Source: Limnoglobus sp. (GTDB lineage Bacteria > Planctomycetota > Planctomycetia > Gemmatales > Gemmataceae). Taken from it: a DNA stretch of 33,551 nucleotides. How positions within the stretch are numbered: the first letter of the stretch is position 1; each line of letters begins with the position of its first letter. Shown here one piece after another: positions 27,220 to 33,551 of the stretch. Both the position numbers and the translations under genes were made by a program. Where the stretch lies: assembly GCA_043726085.1 (NCBI GenBank), contig JAYSKW010000419.1, positions 1 to 33,551 of the forward strand. The letters run 5' to 3'. The notes under the pieces were generated by a model. That model saw only the letters and a program-made list of their open reading frames with translations, did not search any database and had not been told where the DNA came from.

Positions 27220-28986
27220 ATGATGAAACAGCGAGCGTTTCGTGTGGCGGCCTTACTTTTGTCGTTTGCGTCAACGACGGCGATGGCGCAACCGCCGGGT
27301 GGCTTCGGCCCGCCCGGTGGTTTCGGTCCACCGGGCGGCGAGCAGAGGAAAATCATGAAGGAACACGACAAAAACGGCGATGGCTGGCTGAACGCTGCGG
27401 AGCGTAAGGCGGCGCGCGAAGCGATGAAGAACGACGGTGCTGGTCGACGCGGCCCCGGTGGCGGTTTCGGCCCGCCGGGTGGCTTCGGTCGCGGTGGCGA
27501 AACGCCCAAGCCCGGCCCCAAGGTCAACCCGGCTGATGCCACGAATTTCGCGACGGCCACACTGTACGACCCGACCGTTCTGCGAACCATTTTCATCGAA
27601 TTCGAGAACGCCGACTGGGAAAAGGAACTCGAAGATTTCCACGGCACCGATGTCGACGTTCCCGCCAAGGTTATCGTCGATGGCAAGACTTTCAATAATG
27701 TCGGCATCCACTTTCGCGGGATGTCATCGTACATGATGGTGAAGGCCGGTTCCAAACGATCGATGAACCTCGCGGTCGATATGGCCGACGAGAAACAGCG
27801 AATTCACGGCTATAAGACGCTCAATTTGCTCAACAATCACGAAGATGCCACTGCGATGAGCACAGTGCTCTATTCGCACATCGCGCGGCAATACATACCC
27901 ACGCCGAAAGCGAACTTCGCGAAGGTGGTCATCAACGGCGAGAGTTGGGGCATCTACACGAACGTACAGCAGTTCAACAAGGAATTCGCGAAGGAAAACT
28001 TCCAGAACGACAAAGGCGCACGCTGGAAAGTCCGCGGTAATCCGGGCGGCGCGGCGGGGCTGGAGTACCTCGGCGAGAACGTCGCCGACTATAAGCGCCG
28101 CTATGAGATAAAGTCGAAGGACGATGCGAAATCGTGGAAGGCTCTCATACAGCTTTGCAAGACTTTGAACGATACGCCTGCGGACAAACTGGAAGACGCA
28201 TTGAAGCCGATGTTGGATGTCGAAGGGCTGCTCTGGTTCTTGGCACTCGATGTGGCACTCATCAACAACGATGGCTTCTGGGTGCGTGCGAGCGACTATA
28301 GCATTTACCTCGACGAAAAAGGGAAGTTCCACTTTATCCCCCACGATATGAATGAAGCCTTCAATGCCGCTATGGGGCCTGGCATGGGTGGCGGTGGGCG
28401 CGGCGGAATGCCGAAACCCGGCGAACTCTTCCCGACGTTCCTACAAGATGTCCTGCAACTGACCGAGGCACAGAAAAAGGAACTCGCCAAGATCCAAAAA
28501 GAGACCGACGCCCAGTTGGAATCGATGCTGACCGACGAGCAAAAGAAGCAATGGAAAGAGATGCGGAATAACACCGGTCGCCCTCCCGGCGGCGGCTTCG
28601 GCCCTCCTGGTGGCGGCGGTCCGATGGGCATGGGCGGTGGTGGTATGGAACTCGATCCGCTCGTCGGTTCGACCGATGTGCGCAAGCCGCTCCGCAGCAA
28701 AATCCTCGCGGTGCCGAGCCTGAAAGCGAAGTACCTCGCCGACGTGAAGACGATTGCGGAGAAGTCGCTGGACTGGAAGAATCTCGGCCCCGTCGTGGCA
28801 CTGCACCGCAAAGTGATCGAGGCGGAACTGAAGATCGACACGCGGAAACTCGAGCCGTTCGAGGCATTCGAGCGAACGACGGCCGACGCACCAGAACCGA
28901 ACAAAGGACGGGAAATGTCGCTCCGTTCGTTCGCGGAACAGCGCCGTAAGTACCTGCTGAATTACACCGAGAAACCGCGCCCGTAA
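27220..28986 (+). CDS. CotH kinase family secreted protein
   Basis: Signal peptide AMA|Q, EF-hand-like DKNGDGWL, VGIHFRGMSS, INGESWGIY, NNDG, FIPHDMN; GGFGPPGG low-complexity inserts. Confidence 0.9.
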   Translation: MMKQRAFRVAALLLSFASTTAMAQPPGGFGPPGGFGPPGGEQRKIMKEHDKNGDGWLNAAERKAAREAMKNDGAGRRGPGGGFGPPGGFGRGGETPKPGPKVNPADATNFATATLYDPTVLRTIFIEFENADWEKELEDFHGTDVDVPAKVIVDGKTFNNVGIHFRGMSSYMMVKAGSKRSMNLAVDMADEKQRIHGYKTLNLLNNHEDATAMSTVLYSHIARQYIPTPKANFAKVVINGESWGIYTNVQQFNKEFAKENFQNDKGARWKVRGNPGGAAGLEYLGENVADYKRRYEIKSKDDAKSWKALIQLCKTLNDTPADKLEDALKPMLDVEGLLWFLALDVALINNDGFWVRASDYSIYLDEKGKFHFIPHDMNEAFNAAMGPGMGGGGRGGMPKPGELFPTFLQDVLQLTEAQKKELAKIQKETDAQLESMLTDEQKKQWKEMRNNTGRPPGGGFGPPGGGGPMGMGGGGMELDPLVGSTDVRKPLRSKILAVPSLKAKYLADVKTIAEKSLDWKNLGPVVALHRKVIEAELKIDTRKLEPFEAFERTTADAPEPNKGREMSLRSFAEQRRKYLLNYTEKPRP

Positions 28987-29012
28987 GCGTTCGATTCGCT
29001 ATTTTCAACAGC

Positions 29013-29669
29013 ATGAACGACGCACGTACGACGAAGGTATTCGTCACCGATTTCGATGGGACGCTGGCGGGGGAAGACTTTTACAACCTGTTCGTGTCGC
29101 GGCTCTATCCGCCCGGTGCGCCCGATTATTGGTCGGAATGCGTGGCCGGGCGGATTACGCATTTTGAAGCCCTTCGCAACATCTTCGCCTACGCGCCCGT
29201 GGGGGAAGCGGCGCTGTTGGACTTGCTAAAAGACATGCGGTTGCCACCCGATTTACCGCAACGGGTGGCGAAGTTACACGAGCGCGGTTGGCGCGTCGTC
29301 GTCGCCTCGGCGGGCAGCCGTTGGTACATCGAACGGCTGCTCGAGATGGCGGGTGTGGACTTACCGATTCACGCCAACGGCGGTCGTTTAATCGACGGGC
29401 GATTGGTGATGGAAATGCCCGAAGACCCGACGTTTCGCGACGACTACGCGGGCATCGACAAAGCGAAGATCGTGCGGTCATTTTCCACAGACGGTACGAC
29501 CGTCGCCTTCGCCGGCGACGGCGCAACCGACGTCGCCCCTGCGCTCGCCGTGCCTGCCAAATTGCGGTTTGCACGTGGGTATCTCGCCGATGTTTTGAAA
29601 CATCGGCGAGAACTGTTCCAGCCATTCCGAACCTGGGGCGACATCGCCGACGCGCTGACAGCCGAGTGA
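29013..29669 (+). CDS. HAD-IB family phosphatase (MtnX-like)
   Basis: DFDGT motif I, VVASAG, IDKA, AGDGATD, FARG. Confidence 0.9.
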   Translation: MNDARTTKVFVTDFDGTLAGEDFYNLFVSRLYPPGAPDYWSECVAGRITHFEALRNIFAYAPVGEAALLDLLKDMRLPPDLPQRVAKLHERGWRVVVASAGSRWYIERLLEMAGVDLPIHANGGRLIDGRLVMEMPEDPTFRDDYAGIDKAKIVRSFSTDGTTVAFAGDGATDVAPALAVPAKLRFARGYLADVLKHRRELFQPFRTWGDIADALTAE

Positions 29670-29674
29670 GTCTG

Positions 29675-29911
29675 TTGGGCATGGTTCCAATCGTGGCGGC
29701 GTTGGGTAGCAGGAAAGTGGTTCCGGCACTTTCCACCCACCCCTCCGCGAACTCACTCCCGAATTGCGGAACCAACCTAACACACCAACGACTTACGTCC
29801 GATTTTGGCCGAATGCAATCACGCCGGAACCACTTTTCGGCGTTCCTTTTTTGGCAAAACTGGGCATGGATATGAACCATGCCCAATTGTGGCACAGGCT
29901 GTGCCACAATT
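29675..29911. repeat. Nested inverted-repeat non-coding element with GGAACCA motifs
   Basis: 13-bp IR 29675-29687/29874-29886, 14-bp IR 29714-29727/29823-29836, palindrome 29885-29911. Confidence 0.75.
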
Positions 29912-29994
29912 AAAGCAGTGAAGCGATTCGACCGTATACTGTCCCCATGCTTACTGGAGCCGAAACTCTGATTCGCTGGGTGGCGTGAACACAA

Positions 29995-30237
29995 ATGTGG
30001 AAGTTTCCCGCCGGATCGCTGATTGTTGCGGTTGTTCTTACGCTCGCGATCATGGTTCATGGCGTGGGTAGCGGGATCGTGCCGCCGTACCCCGATCCGA
30101 CGCCCGCGCAGGCGGCATATTCTCGTTACCACGAAGCGGTAAACGACGGAATGTGGGTCGCCGCCGGGATCGCGTGGTTGGTCGCAATCACCGTGGCGGC
30201 AGGCACGCTGATCGTGTCAACTTGGCGAAAACGGTAA
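29995..30237 (+). CDS. Small two-TM hypothetical protein
   Basis: 80 aa, two hydrophobic helices flanking PPYPDPTP loop; 6 nt upstream of next gene. Confidence 0.65.
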   Translation: MWKFPAGSLIVAVVLTLAIMVHGVGSGIVPPYPDPTPAQAAYSRYHEAVNDGMWVAAGIAWLVAITVAAGTLIVSTWRKR

Positions 30238-30243
30238 CCTACA

Positions 30244-30693
30244 ATGCTTACTGGCCTCGAGACTCTGCCTGCCGCGCTGGCCGTCGCATTCGGGCGGCTG
30301 TCGGATGCGTCGTTTCTCGTGGCGTGTTTGCCGGATGCGGAGAGTGTCGTTGCGACGGCGGATGCGGCGACTTGGAACCAGCGGCCGAAGCTCGCGTTTC
30401 TGAGTGGCACGTTGCGGGTGACGTTGAAGGTCGTCGAACGAAAACCCGAATTGTCGGTGGCGTTTCAGATGCTCGCCGAGGCGAGTGGCGCGAGTAGCAC
30501 CACGCATACGACACTCGCCTTTCGCGGTATCGACGACGCGACCGAGATCGCCTGGACGGCCGACACCGTGGCCGTCACGGGGCTGTTGAAGATCGTCCCG
30601 CGAACGGTGCTTCAGGCGGCCACGCAAAAAGTGATTGCCGAAGTTTGGCTCGCGATTCAGACTCGATTTGCCGCAACGGACCCCACACCATGA
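30244..30693 (+). CDS. CoxG / SRPBCC family protein
   Basis: AFGRLSDASFLVACLPDAE and TEIAWTAD pattern, C-terminal helix; ATGA overlap with next gene. Confidence 0.8.
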   Translation: MLTGLETLPAALAVAFGRLSDASFLVACLPDAESVVATADAATWNQRPKLAFLSGTLRVTLKVVERKPELSVAFQMLAEASGASSTTHTTLAFRGIDDATEIAWTADTVAVTGLLKIVPRTVLQAATQKVIAEVWLAIQTRFAATDPTP

Positions 30694-31253
30694 CGCCGCC
30701 AACGCCCCCGCCTGCCCCCGAACTCGGCGAGAAGTTCTTTCAACCTGCGTCGTTCCTCGTGTTCGTGTTCCTGTTGCTCGCCGTCGTCGGTGGCGGGTTG
30801 TATTACCTCGCGCCATCGCGCGGCGCGAGATCTTCGTCGAACGATTTCCGCGAAACGGGCGAGTTATTCAAGGCCGCGAGAATCGCGTCGCTCGGCGAGG
30901 GCGAAGTGCTGCGCGCCATCGAACTGACCGACTCGCCGGACCCTCTGGCGCGTTCGCGGGCGATTGTCGTACTCGAAGTCGATGGCCGTCGTTCGCCAGC
31001 TACCCGCACGAAAGCGATACCGGTTTTGTGCGAAAAATTGAAGGACGACGAACCCGTCGTTCGCGGCCACGCCATCACCGCGCTTGGCGAACTCGATGCC
31101 CGCGATCGGGCCGACAAGATCAAGCCGTTCGCCGAATCTAAGCTACCCGACGAGCAACTCCGCGCCCGCAAAGCCCTCCGGAAACTCGGTGCCGACCTCG
31201 AGCAACTCGCCAAGGAACTCGGCGTCAATTGGAATGACTTGAACGACGAGTGA
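30690..31253 (+). CDS. Membrane-anchored HEAT-repeat protein
   Basis: TM helix then AIPVLCEKLKDDEPVVRGHAITALGEL. Confidence 0.85.
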   Translation: MTPPTPPPAPELGEKFFQPASFLVFVFLLLAVVGGGLYYLAPSRGARSSSNDFRETGELFKAARIASLGEGEVLRAIELTDSPDPLARSRAIVVLEVDGRRSPATRTKAIPVLCEKLKDDEPVVRGHAITALGELDARDRADKIKPFAESKLPDEQLRARKALRKLGADLEQLAKELGVNWNDLNDE

Positions 31254-31403
31254 TGTCTGCACGTGGCAACGCACCATCGAATCTCGAAACGATCCATTTG
31301 TCAAATTTCATTTGCAATTGTCATATTTACCAATTAGTGTGACAGACGCAATCGCGCAGGTCTGCCCAACCTGCTTCTCTACTCACCTACTTTGAGGCTC
31401 ACA

Positions 31404-33551
31404 ATGCGCAATCCTCCCCCTCGCGTTCGCCAACCGCAACGCCGACGGTTCCTCGGCGTCGAACTCCTCGAATGCCGCGACGTGCCGGCGACGTTCACGG
31501 TTTCGACTCTCGCCGATGCGGGCGTCGGTAGCCTGCGGCAGGCCGTCATCGGTGCCAACGGCGCGGCGGGCGACGACAGCATCGTGTTTGCGGGTGCAGC
31601 TGCCGGTGGTACGATTTCGCTATCTACGATGGGTGGCACGCAGTTTGGCCCGAACGCAATCGAAATTACCGAAACTCTGACAATTACGGGTTCCGGCGAG
31701 ACGATCACTCGTGATGGGGCCGCGCCAAACATGCGGCTGTTTTACTCGAGTACCGGCGTCACTTTCACGCTGCAAAACCTCACGTTGAGCAACGGTTTCG
31801 CTCGCGGCGGCGACGGCGGTACCAACGCGGGTGATGATGGCGGTGGCGGTGGTGGCGGCCTGGGCGCGGGTGGGGCAATCTATAACCAAGGCACGTTGGT
31901 CATCAGCGGATCGACGTTTACAGGAAACACAGCACAAGGCGGCAATGGCGGTGCGGGTGCGGATAACGCTGGCACCGATTCCGGCGGCGGCGGCGGCGGC
32001 GGCGGCATGGGCGGCAACGGCGGCACCACGGTGGATAATAACGCCGACGGCGGCGCGGGTGGCGGCGGCTTCTTCGGCAGCGGGGTTAGTGGAAACGCAC
32101 CCGGTGGGCAGGTCGGCGGCGGCGGCGGCGGTACGACGGCCGGCGCGATTGCGGCTGTCGGTGGTGTACTGAACGGCGGCAATGGTGGAGCGAACACCGT
32201 TGATGGTGCAGCCGGCGGTCTCGGCGGTGGCGGTGGTGGTGCGGGCGATGAAGCCAACGGCGGTGCGGGTGGCATCGGCGGCGGTGGTGGTGGTGGCGGC
32301 GAGAACGACAATGCAACGGATAATGGCGGTGGTGTCGGCGGCTTCGGTGGCGGCGGCGGTGGTGGTGGCGAAGATGGTGCGGGCGGGGGCGGCGGGTTCG
32401 GCGGCGGTGGCGGCGGTGGAAGTACATCCAGCTCGCCTGCCCGGGCCGGCGGCGCGGCCGGCAACTTCGGTGGCACCGGCGGTTCCACCCTCGCCACCCG
32501 AGGGTCGGGCGGCGGCGGTGGCGGTGCGGGTCTCGGCGGGGCGATCTTCAACGACGGCGGCGCAATCACGATCACCGGCAGCACGCTCAGCACCAACACC
32601 GCGACCGGCGGCACGGGCGGCATCGCGGGCGGCACGGCGACGGCGGGCGGCGTGGGTGGTGGCTCGGGTGGCGGCGTGTTCAACAACACCGGCACCGTCA
32701 CCATCCGGAGCAGCACCGTCACGCTGAACACCGCGACCCAAGACGGCGGCGGCCTCACGAACGCTGCGACCATGACGGTCACCGGGTCTACTATTGTAGA
32801 CAACATGACCGGCAGATCGGGGGGCGGCATCCGCAACGTCGGGGCGCTAACCGTCGACACAAGTACGATCGCCACCAACAAGGCGACAACGGGTAACGGC
32901 GGCGGGATCAACAACGGGTTCCTGGGGGCACTGAACGGCACCGTCGTGCTGACGAACAGCACAGTCTCGGGTAACATCGCGCAGGGTTTCGGCGGCGGTC
33001 TGCGGAACGTCTCCCCGGCGGCAAACGCCATCACGATCACCAACTCCACGTTCCACGGCAACACCGCGCAGACCGGGGCGGGCGGCGGGATCAACACGAC
33101 CACCGGCACGGTCTCGATCGTGAACACCACGATCACCAACAACTCGGACACCAGCGCGAACGGGGACCGATCCGGCGGCATCAGCGCCCCCGGCGGCACG
33201 GTGACGCTGGCGAACAGCGTCGTGGCGAATAACACCACTGTCGACACCGTGGCTCGCGATGTGCGCGGCACGTTCGCCGCGGGTTCCAAGAACAATTTCT
33301 TTACCTTCGTGGACGCCAACACGAACCTCGTCAATGGGGGAGTCGACGCCAACATCGTTGCGGCCGATCCGCTACTCGGACCACTCCAGTCTAACGGCGG
33401 CCCGACCTTCACCCGCCTCCCACTTGCTGGCAGCCCACTGATCAACTTCGGCAACAATGCCGCGGCCAGTACGCTCGTCGTCGATCAACGCGGTTTCAGC
33501 CCACGTCGTTTCGGGGGAACAATCGACATCGGCTCGGTCGAAGTCGGTGCC
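31404..33551 (+). CDS. Large Gly-rich extracellular beta-helix / choice-of-anchor-Q-like protein (partial, runs off window end)
   Basis: Absent from the ORF track (no stop in window). ATG 31404 with GAGG RBS; ELLECRDVPATFTVSTLADAGVGSLRQA export motif, GGAI/GGGI repeats, DPLLGPLQSNGGPT...DQRG...DIGSVE. Confidence 0.9.
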   Translation, partial: MRNPPPRVRQPQRRRFLGVELLECRDVPATFTVSTLADAGVGSLRQAVIGANGAAGDDSIVFAGAAAGGTISLSTMGGTQFGPNAIEITETLTITGSGETITRDGAAPNMRLFYSSTGVTFTLQNLTLSNGFARGGDGGTNAGDDGGGGGGGLGAGGAIYNQGTLVISGSTFTGNTAQGGNGGAGADNAGTDSGGGGGGGGMGGNGGTTVDNNADGGAGGGGFFGSGVSGNAPGGQVGGGGGGTTAGAIAAVGGVLNGGNGGANTVDGAAGGLGGGGGGAGDEANGGAGGIGGGGGGGGENDNATDNGGGVGGFGGGGGGGGEDGAGGGGGFGGGGGGGSTSSSPARAGGAAGNFGGTGGSTLATRGSGGGGGGAGLGGAIFNDGGAITITGSTLSTNTATGGTGGIAGGTATAGGVGGGSGGGVFNNTGTVTIRSSTVTLNTATQDGGGLTNAATMTVTGSTIVDNMTGRSGGGIRNVGALTVDTSTIATNKATTGNGGGINNGFLGALNGTVVLTNSTVSGNIAQGFGGGLRNVSPAANAITITNSTFHGNTAQTGAGGGINTTTGTVSIVNTTITNNSDTSANGDRSGGISAPGGTVTLANSVVANNTTVDTVARDVRGTFAAGSKNNFFTFVDANTNLVNGGVDANIVAADPLLGPLQSNGGPTFTRLPLAGSPLINFGNNAAASTLVVDQRGFSPRRFGGTIDIGSVEVGA

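Noticed and set aside
27292-27494. Repeated GGCTTCGGCCCGCCCGGT-like units in CotH
   Set aside because: Explained by GGFGPPGG low-complexity peptide, common in secreted proteins of this group.
29155-30132. 325-aa minus-strand ORF
   Set aside because: Overlaps the HAD gene and palindromic element; Arg-rich shadow composition.
31880-33457. 525-aa Pro-rich minus-strand ORF
   Set aside because: Antisense shadow of the Gly-rich plus-strand gene (GGC/GGT codons read as Pro/Ala).

Overview
GC-rich bacterial chromosomal segment, very likely a planctomycete (Gemmataceae-like), based on DUF1559/H-X9-DG prepilin-like proteins and an LExRxxP-type planctomycete export motif. Routine content: tandem Flp pilins, CBS protein, GT87, ECF sigma/anti-sigma pair, penicillin-acylase-family hydrolase, sugar-phosphate isomerase, Ada, Wzc-like kinase, 2-oxoacid dehydrogenase E1 alpha, CotH, HAD phosphatase, CoxG, a large Gly-rich surface protein running off the end, tRNA-Cys(GCA) and tRNA-Leu(GAG). 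Most notable: (1) a ~4.3 kb integrase-less island bounded by an 18-bp duplication of the tRNA-Cys 3' end, carrying a small unknown gene translationally coupled to a dCTP deaminase plus a large TPR protein (candidate new nucleotide-depleting defence module, by inference); (2) a PARIS-like ABC-ATPase/DUF4435 pair preceded by a duplicated fragment of the downstream gene; (3) a methyltransferase with an in-frame TAG followed by 47 open codons; (4) a truncated PIN-type toxin next to an intact antitoxin-like gene; (5) several structured non-coding elements (terminal IRs with 21-bp phased repeats, converging GGAACCA motifs, long palindromes). All calls come from reading motifs by eye; no database searches were run.
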